From: a virus | Lineage: Duplodnaviria; Caudoviricetes | DNA length: 64,000 bases | Virus record (IMG/VR): IMGVR_UViG_3300020045_008916 | Location: 10,166 to 74,165 of that record | Strand: one strand, 5' to 3' | Shown here: positions 40,803 through 49,654 of the stretch, in pieces | How positions within the stretch are numbered: the first letter of the stretch is position 1 | Layout of the letters: each line of letters starts with the position of its first letter | Translations under genes and position numbers: made by a program | Notes under the pieces: generated by a model | The model's database searches: none | What the model was told of the DNA's origin: nothing | Seen by the model: the letters and a program-made list of their open reading frames with translations, nothing else

Positions 40803-41227
40803 ATCCTCTTAGCTCAGCACTGAGTGTATTGATTAGGTTTTATACTGTTAATATTCCCCATAGTAGGGCTCTCTTTCAGTACATTCATTTGCAATAAGTC
40901 TACCCATTACCCCTCCCCCAAGCTTAGCTAATTACTGTTAGCTAACATCCATGTATCTTACGTTTCTCTTGGTTCTTTTAAAATGGCGGTTTAGAACTTT
41001 CGTTTAGCTTACGCTAATTTTGAGGTCATCTAGTTGCTGGCTTTACCTTATAGCATTGCTAGTTGATATTTGTTCTTCCTAACTTAAATACAGGTTGTTT
41101 TTGATTAAGGCTCGTGATTTCCTTTAGCTGTACTACCTATACAACAGCTAATAATATGTGAAAGCCTATACTCCGTAACAGTAAAAGCTTTTTAATAGTT
41201 TAAAAATGGAAAAATTCCAGACATGCA

Positions 41228-41346
41228 AAAAACACCCCCAGATAGTCTGAAGGTGCTCTTGTATAACACACAACCAAGGTCTTTATAAGAACGAACCAGT
41301 TTAGAGCCCTTACGGCTTAGAAGTTTGCCCCGTTGTGTTGGAATGA
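41228..41346 (-). ncRNA. Candidate small RNA (about 120 nt) with its own late-type promoter and intrinsic terminator
   Basis: Promoter 41390-41351; ACACAAC/GTTGTGT closing stem; terminator GCACCTTCAGA-CTA-TCTGGGGGTGT-TTTTT. Confidence 0.55.
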
Positions 41347-41393
41347 AAAACAAAGATAGGAAAAATAATCGACCTATTTTTACATAGGTTAAT

Positions 41394-41446
41394 TTGTTAC
41401 AAGATTGGGAGTCGAACCCAAACAGTACCACATTTACTAACTTGAA
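41394..41446 (-). ncRNA. Anticodon-less mini-tRNA-like element
   Basis: Perfect T arm TTGGG-TTCGACT-CCCAA, D-like arm with G18G19, 5/7-bp acceptor stem; 5' end coincides with the predicted TSS. Confidence 0.5.
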
Positions 41447-41449
41447 GAA

Positions 41450-41489
41450 CAAAGGTAAGTAAAATAATTGAAAGTTTTTAACAGGGGTG
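41450..41489 (-). promoter_or_regulatory. Late-class promoter
   Basis: CACCCCTG...TACCTTTG; 37/42 identical to the scaffold-gene promoter at 49588-49629. Confidence 0.8.
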
Positions 41490-41500
41490 CATAAAACTAT

Positions 41501-41543
41501 TTTCAGATAAATTTGTGAGTATAAAAAATTAGCATTATGTTTG
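41501..41543 (+). promoter_or_regulatory. Canonical promoter for the 41.5-44.5 kb operon
   Basis: TTTG (41512-15) ... TATGTTTG (41536-43). Confidence 0.75.
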
Positions 41544-41565
41544 CATCAGATTAATAAACAACGAT

Positions 41566-42007
41566 ATGAAAAATACAACAACAATTGAAAAAATTGAAGC
41601 AGGAGAAGAAGGATACAAAGCTTTTCTTTTCACAGACACTTACGAAACTACTTTAGGATTTTTAAGGCATCCAGATAATGAAGTAACTATTCACACAACT
41701 GGCATCATAAAGCTTGATGAAGCAGCACAACAAACTTTGTCTGACCTTTTAGCAAACAAATAGGATGAAAACAATAAGTGCTTGGCTAAAGAAGCTTCCC
41801 GACCCGCACAGAACGCAAGCTCTTGCTAATTTGAAATCACGAGATAAGAATAAAGTAATTGCAAAAACCAAAGTAGAAAAACTCAGTAATGCTGTTCAAT
41901 CTGCTTTTATTTGGAACACTACGCCTGAAGGCCATGTTTATTGGGAAAACTTAATAATTAACATAGAATTACAAGAATATGAACGGAAAAATAGCAAGAG
42001 GTCTTAG
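41566..42007 (+). CDS. Two small hypothetical proteins (41566-41763, 41765-42007)
   Basis: ORF track. Confidence 0.55.
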
Positions 42008-42153
42008 AAAAATGGCCAAGCAAGCAGTAGCAGAAAAACGCAGTGACTCTAAAAGAGATGCTGTTCTCATCCAACAGGAAACAAGACAATTGTATCAAGG
42101 CCTGAAGAGAGGCTATGTAATCGAACGTAAAACTTTTAACAATTTAAAATAAA

Positions 42154-42426
42154 ATGGCAGACAAAGTATTTGTAGATGGTATCTTCTTGAAAGAGAGAAC
42201 CTTCCCCAACGGTGGTACCGTAACCTCGGCAGGATTTGCAATCGACAAGTTCGTAGCTTTCCTGAAGGCCAATGATAACGGCAAGGGTATGGTGAACATC
42301 GATATAAAAAAATCACTTAACGGTGAAAAGATTTATGCAGAACTAAATACATACGTTCCACAACAAGAACAGCAAGCGGCTGCTCCTGAAACACCAGCTG
42401 AAGAAGAAGGCGAGCTCCCATTTTAA
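42154..42426 (+). CDS. Small ssDNA-binding protein with acidic C-terminal tail
   Basis: VNIDIKKS..KIYAELNTYVP ... EEEGELPF (SSB-like tail). Confidence 0.65.
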   Translation: MADKVFVDGIFLKERTFPNGGTVTSAGFAIDKFVAFLKANDNGKGMVNIDIKKSLNGEKIYAELNTYVPQQEQQAAAPETPAEEEGELPF

Positions 42427-42460
42427 TCAAAACATTAAACAGCAATTAGAAAAAACAAAG

Positions 42461-42709
42461 ATGAAAAAAATTACCAACTATCTAGTGTTCCTCATCAAAG
42501 GTTCATTGGCCGCACGAAGTGCTAAAGCTTCAAACCTATTTACAAAAGCTTACAAAAACATCAGCAAAGTCAATGAGGCTATTATCGATGAAAATAACGA
42601 TATTCAAAAAGCCATTGACAAAGCAAAACAAAAAGCAGCCGACAACAACCAAGTGCTGAAAGGTAATATGCGCTTGTTGAACAAGCTGGATGAGTTTCTT
42701 GTAGGGTAG
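42461..42709 (+). CDS. Small coiled-coil hypothetical protein
   Basis: ORF track. Confidence 0.5.
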   Translation: MKKITNYLVFLIKGSLAARSAKASNLFTKAYKNISKVNEAIIDENNDIQKAIDKAKQKAADNNQVLKGNMRLLNKLDEFLVG

Positions 42710-42714
42710 ATAAA

Positions 42715-42737
42715 AGGGGAGCAATCCCCTATTTTAT
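42715..42737 (+). terminator. Hairpin terminator candidate
   Basis: AGGGGA-GCAA-TCCCCT followed by ATTTTATT. Confidence 0.55.
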
Positions 42738-42738
42738 T

Positions 42739-43533
42739 ATGGAAAAGAGAACCGACAAGATTAAAAAAGTTAGCTATGGAGGTTTTTATGCTGATATCAG
42801 GAATTGGAACCCCAAGGGCAGAAGTACTCTTGAGAAGACCCGAATAATCCACGACCAGAAAAACTGCATCATCCACCAATTGACCCGAATTAGAAAACTC
42901 AAGTACGTCATCGAATGTTTGGAAAAAGAACGGGATGCTAGGGTAAGTATCGAGAAGGTCAGAGAAGTGCGCTCACAGTACAGACGTAAGCTCGAAAATC
43001 AGAAGAATAAGGTAGCTGTCAGGGATAACCACTTAGAAAAGTATGAAGCAGAAATAAAAATTCTTACCGAGAACCTAAAAGTGTATGCAAAAGAAAACGA
43101 TAAACTTCTCCGAACAGAAGCTAAGAACAAGGATATTATCTCCGAACTCAAAGCTACTAAAAGAAAAGTTGTTGTCAAGGAAATCCCAAAGGCTCTTACA
43201 GCTTCAGAAAAGCGAGTGGAAAGACTAGCTGGGCAACCTCTGTCTGAAAGGGGAGTCAATACTATGGAAGCTACGATAAAAATGGGTAAGTTCTCAGCTG
43301 ACAATAACATCAGTGTAACAAATTTATCTATTCTCATGCAGATTGACCAGTTTAAGAGTGTAAAATTCAGCGAGCTTATCTTGGGGACTAGGGTCAACCT
43401 TAAATTTCTTGTGGACAATGAGTACATAAACCACCAGCTAACAAAGCAGGTCAAGAATTATTTCCTTACAGCTAAGGGAGATAAAATAGTAAAAGCCCTA
43501 AAAGACTATATAAGTTACAACAAAGTGATATGA
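42739..43533 (+). CDS. Coiled-coil plus C-terminal winged-helix (MarR-like) protein
   Basis: ILMQI...KFSEL...LKFLVDNEYI...YFLTAKG. Confidence 0.55.
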   Translation: MEKRTDKIKKVSYGGFYADIRNWNPKGRSTLEKTRIIHDQKNCIIHQLTRIRKLKYVIECLEKERDARVSIEKVREVRSQYRRKLENQKNKVAVRDNHLEKYEAEIKILTENLKVYAKENDKLLRTEAKNKDIISELKATKRKVVVKEIPKALTASEKRVERLAGQPLSERGVNTMEATIKMGKFSADNNISVTNLSILMQIDQFKSVKFSELILGTRVNLKFLVDNEYINHQLTKQVKNYFLTAKGDKIVKALKDYISYNKVI

Positions 43534-44198
43534 TACCAAGAATAAAAGACACAGACGAATATTATGAGCAGGGGTATTATATCTGTACAGCCGATGCCTA
43601 TCACAATGATACGAGAAAACTCAAAGACGAGAACGGCAAAGAGATAAAACTACAAATGCTCAACGAGTTGAACCTAAACCACAGAATATCCCACGGAAAT
43701 ATGGCCACCATAGTCAAGACCGTAGGGAAGACCAACTTCAAGGTAGGCGACACTATCATAGTGCATCATTTTGCACTAACAGGTTCAGATAGAAAAAAGA
43801 AAATCCATTACGAGGAAAACGGTGTAGAGTACTATAAGATTTCTATGCGGGAAACTTTCTTCAAATTAGGCAAGGATGGAAAACTTACTCCAAGAGAGGG
43901 AGTTCTACTCTGTAAGGGAGTGAAGTATAAGCCTGAGCAATCTAAGATTTTAGATGACAGGCGGGATTTGGTGCAGGTGGTGGACAAGTGGATGGGATGC
44001 AAAGAGTTCAAGCCAAATGACTACCTGTTGTTGGCAAAGGGAGCGGACTACCAGTTTGAAAATCCGATTACAGGAGAAAGTCATATAAAAGTGGATGTCT
44101 ACTTTAAAGATGTCTGGGCGATTGTTGACTCGCCAGATTGGATGCTTACCGAAATCAGAGAACACATTAAAGATTATAATACAAAAGTAACTATATAA
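43530..44198 (+). CDS. GroES-like two-domain protein
   Basis: HGNMATIV..FKVGDTIIVHH; second repeat FKPNDYLL. Confidence 0.5.
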   Translation: MIPRIKDTDEYYEQGYYICTADAYHNDTRKLKDENGKEIKLQMLNELNLNHRISHGNMATIVKTVGKTNFKVGDTIIVHHFALTGSDRKKKIHYEENGVEYYKISMRETFFKLGKDGKLTPREGVLLCKGVKYKPEQSKILDDRRDLVQVVDKWMGCKEFKPNDYLLLAKGADYQFENPITGESHIKVDVYFKDVWAIVDSPDWMLTEIREHIKDYNTKVTI

Positions 44199-44200
44199 CT

Positions 44201-44506
44201 ATGAGCAAAATAGGCTTTAGACCAAGATTAGATATGGTATTGGCAAGACCACTAACAACTATATCAGAAGAAGAGTATGTGATTGGAGATGTAAGAAATC
44301 CCATCATTGTAGAAAAGGGAGATGTAATTCCTGTAGATGATTGGGCTGTTATTGTAGAGGGAAACAAAAGTATTCCAGACCTTAAAGCTGACGACCAAGT
44401 ATTTTTTAAAGGAAAAGTAGAACAAGTATCTTTCAACGGAGACGTTTACTACCTCATAAGAAATGACAGCTGCCTAGGGGTAGCTGATGAGATAGACACC
44501 CCATAG
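44201..44506 (+). CDS. groES: GroES-like co-chaperonin
   Basis: FRPRLDMVLAR ... LKADDQVFF ... NGDVYYLIRNDSCLGV. Confidence 0.7.
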   Translation: MSKIGFRPRLDMVLARPLTTISEEEYVIGDVRNPIIVEKGDVIPVDDWAVIVEGNKSIPDLKADDQVFFKGKVEQVSFNGDVYYLIRNDSCLGVADEIDTP

Positions 44507-44536
44507 AAATTTCATCAAATAAAATTCTTAGATTTG
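44497..44536 (+). promoter_or_regulatory. Late-class promoter (terminase)
   Basis: CACCCCAT (44497) ... TAGATTTG (44529), 32 bp start to start. Confidence 0.75.
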
Positions 44537-44585
44537 TCACTTGAGCTTAACCGCTTGGTGGCTTTTTGCGTTTAAACAAAAATAT

Positions 44586-45035
44586 ATGGAAAAAGAAAAA
44601 TTTAAGATTAATCTGTTTTGGGAAACACTGACCAAAATTGAGCTGAAAGAGTATGTGGAAGAAATGCATGAATATCTCTTAGCTTCGGATACAAGTGCAA
44701 TCAAACAAATGATTATCTCCCTCAACAAACTATGCCTTACACTGCGAGATGACATTGAGAGTATTTCTGATGGAAATCCCAACCCCTTCGATTTACAAAT
44801 ACTTTCTTCAGACAAAGACGATAAGACCTTCGATAAACTGATGAAGATTGTGGAAAAGGTAAAATACTTCAAAGAAATCAACGAGATGGCTGAAACCTAT
44901 AAACCAGAAATTCTTAAAAAAGAACAGGATGATGCAGCTAAGAGAGCAAAGGAAAATGGAACTGCTCTTGAAATAAAAGGAGGTAATGTATTCGAAACAC
45001 TACAACTAGAAGCTATTAAGAAAGGAAGAACATGA
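44586..45035 (+). CDS. Putative terminase small subunit
   Basis: Helical protein overlapping the terL start; start reassigned to the ATG at 44586. Confidence 0.5.
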   Translation: MEKEKFKINLFWETLTKIELKEYVEEMHEYLLASDTSAIKQMIISLNKLCLTLRDDIESISDGNPNPFDLQILSSDKDDKTFDKLMKIVEKVKYFKEINEMAETYKPEILKKEQDDAAKRAKENGTALEIKGGNVFETLQLEAIKKGRT

Positions 45036-47089
45036 GAAGTGAAATGAAAGAGGGCAAGCTTTTTATAGAGGGGCTTGAATACATCTTTCCTGAAAAACCT
45101 TCACTTAAAAAGATTAGAAACTTTAAAACTCCAAAGAAACAGCAAAAATGGTCAAGGGTTACAGAGTATGAAGACTACGACTGGTCGGAAGGCTGGGAAG
45201 AGCGAATAGTTCTGGAAGAGAATGCCAAGCAATTAGAGTACCTAAGAGCCGAGCTTGACCGTCTTGCAAACGGGGAGTGGTTGTTTATTAACGGAGAGCT
45301 GACCTACTTTAACAACTACACGTATTTCTTTTTACAATGGTTCATATTGGAAGATACTGGCGAGTATCCAGAGTTTAGGGATACCTCGCTCCACTATTAC
45401 CGCTTTGTAGAAATATGCGATAAGGCTAAGCTCTGTACAGGACACACACTTTTAAAGGCCAGACGTTTGGGAGCTACATCAATGATTATTGCAAGGCTCT
45501 TACTTAAAATGTTATTGTCCCGAAACAAGTCTTTTGGTATTACATCCAAAACAGGAGATGATGCTAAAGTAGCTTTTGGTTTCTTAGTAAATGCTTTTCA
45601 AGCCCTGCCAGTATTCTTAAAACCCCAGACCGAAGGTAACGATGACCCGAAGAAAGTGCTTGCAATGAAAAAGCAATCTTCTCGTATCAAGAAAGACCAG
45701 AAAGTCGCAGGAGCGAGAGAGGGATTGAACAACAAGGCCGATTGGAGAGCAACAGGAATGAACACCTATGACTCTGGTGCCTTTGAAGATATTCTAGTCG
45801 ATGAAACGGGAAAATACAGTAAGGACATTCCAGTATCAAAATATTTAGGTGTCGTAACAAAATGTGTTAAAAAAGGTACACTTGTAACAGGAAAATTAGC
45901 CCTACCGACAACGGTAAATCCACCAGCTTTGGGAGGTAGTGAATATAAGAAAATTTGGGAAGGTTCAAATCAGGAAGATAGAAGTAGGTTGGGAGAAACA
46001 ACTACTGGGCTGTACAGGATTTTTATTCCAAGCTACTGTGGAGCTGCTGGTTATATTGGAGAGTTTGGAGAAAGTGTTTGGGATACCCCAACACCAGAAC
46101 AAACAGAATTTCTGAAAACAACAGGATGTCCAGACCCTTATATAGGGGCTAAGGAATATCTGCAAAGTGTTAGGGATGCCAAAATGGCCAAAGACCCAGC
46201 AGATGCGGAAGAGGAGATAAGGATGAACCCTTTTACCCCTCAAGAGGTTTTCGATAGTGCCAACGATAGATGTCTGTTTGACTTGCAAGCTTTAATCGAA
46301 AGAGAGAAACAACTGAAAGAAGAACTTTTAAAGTTAGGCTTAGACCCAGATAAGGGGGAGTTAGGTAGAAGAGGATGGTTTGATAAGCACCCTAATGGTA
46401 GGGTAATGTTCCGAGACGACCCAGAAGGTTTGTGGTACGTTCTTCAGTTTTTAGAGCCCAACGAGTCCAACAGGTTTGAAATCAAGGGAGGAAAGCAAAC
46501 GCCAACCAATGAAGAGCTAGGAGCAGCTGGGCTCGACCCTATTGCTTCAGGAGATGCTACTGTAGATAAAGGCTCTGATGCTTGCTGCATGATACGTTCA
46601 CGCTACAGCTCAATGAACCCAGATAGAACAGGTATTCCTATGGCAATGTTTTTGGGAAGAATGAAAAGTCCTACCAAACTCAATGAACAGGTTTTTAATG
46701 GCCTTACCTACTATGGTATAAAAGTGTTGGCAGAGAGAGCTCCAATTTCTTGGTTAACCTATGCCGAGGACAATAAGCTCGAGAACTACTGTTATGGAAC
46801 AAAAAGAAGTGATGGAACCGAAGTAAAAGGGATTTCTGCCTCAGGAGGTAAAGCGGTTCAAGATGAACATGCCGAAGCTCAGGTATTGGCCTCTCTTCAT
46901 GACCACGATAAGATTGGTTTTATGAGATTGGTAAGGGACAGAAAAGCTTTCAGCATAACAGATAGAACAGACTATGATGCTGGAATGGCCGATGGTTATG
47001 CAAACATTGCTATGAAAATACCATTCAAAAAGCCTAAAAAAGAAGTAAGGGTTATTAAATACGTCAAAAGAGGAAGGGTTCTCACCTAG
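45032..47089 (+). CDS. terL: Terminase large subunit
   Basis: LKARRLGATS, ILVDETGK, TTVN, AGLDP. Confidence 0.9.
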   Translation: MRSEMKEGKLFIEGLEYIFPEKPSLKKIRNFKTPKKQQKWSRVTEYEDYDWSEGWEERIVLEENAKQLEYLRAELDRLANGEWLFINGELTYFNNYTYFFLQWFILEDTGEYPEFRDTSLHYYRFVEICDKAKLCTGHTLLKARRLGATSMIIARLLLKMLLSRNKSFGITSKTGDDAKVAFGFLVNAFQALPVFLKPQTEGNDDPKKVLAMKKQSSRIKKDQKVAGAREGLNNKADWRATGMNTYDSGAFEDILVDETGKYSKDIPVSKYLGVVTKCVKKGTLVTGKLALPTTVNPPALGGSEYKKIWEGSNQEDRSRLGETTTGLYRIFIPSYCGAAGYIGEFGESVWDTPTPEQTEFLKTTGCPDPYIGAKEYLQSVRDAKMAKDPADAEEEIRMNPFTPQEVFDSANDRCLFDLQALIEREKQLKEELLKLGLDPDKGELGRRGWFDKHPNGRVMFRDDPEGLWYVLQFLEPNESNRFEIKGGKQTPTNEELGAAGLDPIASGDATVDKGSDACCMIRSRYSSMNPDRTGIPMAMFLGRMKSPTKLNEQVFNGLTYYGIKVLAERAPISWLTYAEDNKLENYCYGTKRSDGTEVKGISASGGKAVQDEHAEAQVLASLHDHDKIGFMRLVRDRKAFSITDRTDYDAGMADGYANIAMKIPFKKPKKEVRVIKYVKRGRVLT

Positions 47090-47122
47090 TGTAAAAACTA
47101 TCAAATAAAATGATTAACTTTG
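47083..47122 (+). promoter_or_regulatory. Late-class promoter (portal)
   Basis: CACCTAGTGTAAAAAC ... TAACTTTG (47115), 32-bp spacing. Confidence 0.7.
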
Positions 47123-47149
47123 TAAACTAATAAAAACAAATAACAGCTA

Positions 47150-49588
47150 ATGAGTACAACATACAGTATTGCGGGTGTCTTTCCTAACGGATTGGCACCC
47201 AAGTCTGTTAAGGACACGCACAAGTATGGGGAACAAGTTGCAAGTGCAATATTAGCTTCGACTCAGGAATACCGAGAATATGTAAGAGCAAAAGCTTTCG
47301 AGTGTAGAAAGTTTGTAGATGCCCGACAATCAATCAAGGAATACTTGGACGAGCTGGATATTGATGGCCAAAAGATGTATGCAAATATATCCTACAAGCC
47401 CAGACCTATTATACAGAAATTCTTAAAAGTAGTAGTTGACGGTTATATTCTAAGAAGAGAGTATCCGAACGTTACAGCTACTTCTAAGCATATCAAGGAT
47501 AGGAAGGATAAGCGAATAGCAGATGCCGAGTTTAGAATGAACTACGGAAACGATATTGGCCAACTATCCCAAGAGTCTGGATTGCAATTGGAAGACCCCA
47601 AAGACTTCACACCCAAGTCTGTAGAAGAGCTTGAAATCTACAAAACATTAAGCGATAAGGAGAGAGAAGAACTTTTGATGCAGGAGATGGTTTCTTTCGC
47701 CTTAAAAGACAACAACATCAAGGAAAAGAAAAGAACTTTCCTAACAGAAACATTTGTAACATCCCTTTGCGGTTATTATAATCACATCGACGAGAACGGA
47801 AGGTTAGATATAACTGCCATTCAGGCAGAAGATGCCATTATGTCAGACTCTCACAAGAGTGTTATGACAGATGTTCATTACGCAGGACATTTTTTGCGAA
47901 TGAAAGTTTCTGAATTAAGAAGTATTTTTGCAATCTCAGGAGCTAAGGAAAAAGAACTTTTCTCAGCTGCAAAGAACTGTCTGGGCAAATACGGAAATCC
48001 GTTGATGACTATGCGCTGGCAAGAAGATTACAGGATGTCAGATGCCAGACCTTATGACAATGTGACAGTAGAGCTTTACCACGTATGGTGGAAAACCTCT
48101 CAGATTATAGGTTTGGCCGATGGTGTTGATGCCTCTGGTAAGAAAATTAGAAAAGCCAGCTACGATTATGATAGTGACGCTTGGAGACAGGAAAATGAAA
48201 GTCTACTACTAACCAGAAAGTTTCCACAGACCGCATACGAAGGCTATTTTTTAGCTGCAAACAACATGTGTCTTGAATGGGGAGAGCAAAAGAATGTTCT
48301 AAAGAAAGGCAAGGATAAACAAACACTGTTATGTCCTTACATCTATGCCATGCCGTATAATAACGGAAACATGAAAACTCCATCTTCTGTTCACATCATT
48401 TTAGATAGCGTTCGAAACATGGACGTTGCTATTCTGAAGATTAAGCAGATAATTGTAAACATGGCTCCTGATGATATGATGATTGATTTAGACTCCTTAC
48501 TGAACATTGATTTGGGAGATGGAGAACTTAATCCTTTGGATATTATTACCATATACAAACAGACAGGTAATCTATTTTGGCGAAGCAGACAAGAAGATGG
48601 AGATAAAGAATTTGCACCACCAGTAAGGGCAGGACAGGCAGGTGTAGGTAGTAATTTACAGCACCTAATTACTTGGTACAATACAGAGCTCCAAAATATT
48701 AAGGAGTATTTAGGTATTAATGATTTTAGGGATGGTAGTGCTTCTCAGGCTAGAACAGGCTTTAGGTTTCAACAAGCCCAACTAGAGGCTTCAAACACAG
48801 CCACATTCTTTCTGTACGACTCTTACGTGAGTGCTACAGAGGAGTTGATTAAACAGGTTGCTATACGTATCTGGGATGCCCTGCTTTACGGAGATGCCAA
48901 CGAAGGTTATCTACAGTACATAGGAAAAGAAAACGTCGATTGGCTCAAGAGCAGAAAAGAAATAACTGACTCAAGCTATGACATAGAGTTTTCTATGGGG
49001 ATGACAGATGCAGACAAGGCTAATCTTGAAGCTAAGATACAAGGTGCCATCGAAAAAGGACAGTTGGAACTACCTGACGCTCTTATGCTCGAAGATATTG
49101 AAGACCCTAAAAAAGCGTACAAGCTCTTGACGTATGTCTACAATGTTAGGAGAAGAGAAAGAATGGAGGAAGCTCAGGCAAACCAAAAATCAGCAGCAGA
49201 CTACTCTGCTCAGGCAGGTGTAGCAGTAGAAGAGGCCAAGCAACAGACAGCTAAGATTATGGCTGATTTGGAAATGGCCAAAGAACGTGAGAGAGGTAAG
49301 AACGCCCAGCTACAGTTATATCAAAAGACAGCTCTTGATTTATTAGTAGAAGCCTTTAAATCTGGAAAGGAAATCCCAGAAACATTGACACCTCTGATTG
49401 CATCGGCCTTAGAGCCTCTACAGATTAAAAATGAAATGGATGCCAATGCCGCAGAACAAGAAATGCAGCAGATGGAACAAGCTCAAAATCAGCAAGCTAT
49501 GCTCCAAGAGTTACAGTCCGCAGTAGAGAGTGGGGAGATAACAGCAGAGGAAGCACAAGAGATGGCAAGTGAAAATGGACTGGTATAA
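47150..49588 (+). CDS. Portal protein (crAss-like)
   Basis: 812 aa after terL; LNPLDIITIYKQTGNLFWRS, LGINDFRDGS typical of crAss-like portals. Confidence 0.85.
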   Translation: MSTTYSIAGVFPNGLAPKSVKDTHKYGEQVASAILASTQEYREYVRAKAFECRKFVDARQSIKEYLDELDIDGQKMYANISYKPRPIIQKFLKVVVDGYILRREYPNVTATSKHIKDRKDKRIADAEFRMNYGNDIGQLSQESGLQLEDPKDFTPKSVEELEIYKTLSDKEREELLMQEMVSFALKDNNIKEKKRTFLTETFVTSLCGYYNHIDENGRLDITAIQAEDAIMSDSHKSVMTDVHYAGHFLRMKVSELRSIFAISGAKEKELFSAAKNCLGKYGNPLMTMRWQEDYRMSDARPYDNVTVELYHVWWKTSQIIGLADGVDASGKKIRKASYDYDSDAWRQENESLLLTRKFPQTAYEGYFLAANNMCLEWGEQKNVLKKGKDKQTLLCPYIYAMPYNNGNMKTPSSVHIILDSVRNMDVAILKIKQIIVNMAPDDMMIDLDSLLNIDLGDGELNPLDIITIYKQTGNLFWRSRQEDGDKEFAPPVRAGQAGVGSNLQHLITWYNTELQNIKEYLGINDFRDGSASQARTGFRFQQAQLEASNTATFFLYDSYVSATEELIKQVAIRIWDALLYGDANEGYLQYIGKENVDWLKSRKEITDSSYDIEFSMGMTDADKANLEAKIQGAIEKGQLELPDALMLEDIEDPKKAYKLLTYVYNVRRRERMEEAQANQKSAADYSAQAGVAVEEAKQQTAKIMADLEMAKERERGKNAQLQLYQKTALDLLVEAFKSGKEIPETLTPLIASALEPLQIKNEMDANAAEQEMQQMEQAQNQQAMLQELQSAVESGEITAEEAQEMASENGLV

Positions 49589-49628
49589 CACCCCTGTTAA
49601 AAACTTTAAAAAATTTTACATACCTTTG
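49589..49628 (+). promoter_or_regulatory. Late-class promoter (scaffold/capsid)
   Basis: CACCCCTG ... TACCTTTG (49621), 32-bp spacing. Confidence 0.8.
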
Positions 49629-49654
49629 TAATCAACAAAAAGGAAATAATAATT

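Noticed and set aside
40755-41250. Group I intron housing the Vsr-like endonuclease
   Set aside because: The TCAGACTA R-like motif is part of a terminator hairpin, there is no matching S element, and no interrupted host gene was found.
41228-41446. Permuted two-piece tmRNA or c-di-GMP-I riboswitch
   Set aside because: The T arm is not followed by a CCA-ended strand complementary to the downstream GGGGCAA, and no tag ORF is evident. The GGCAAAC resemblance lacks the riboswitch's P2/P3 architecture.
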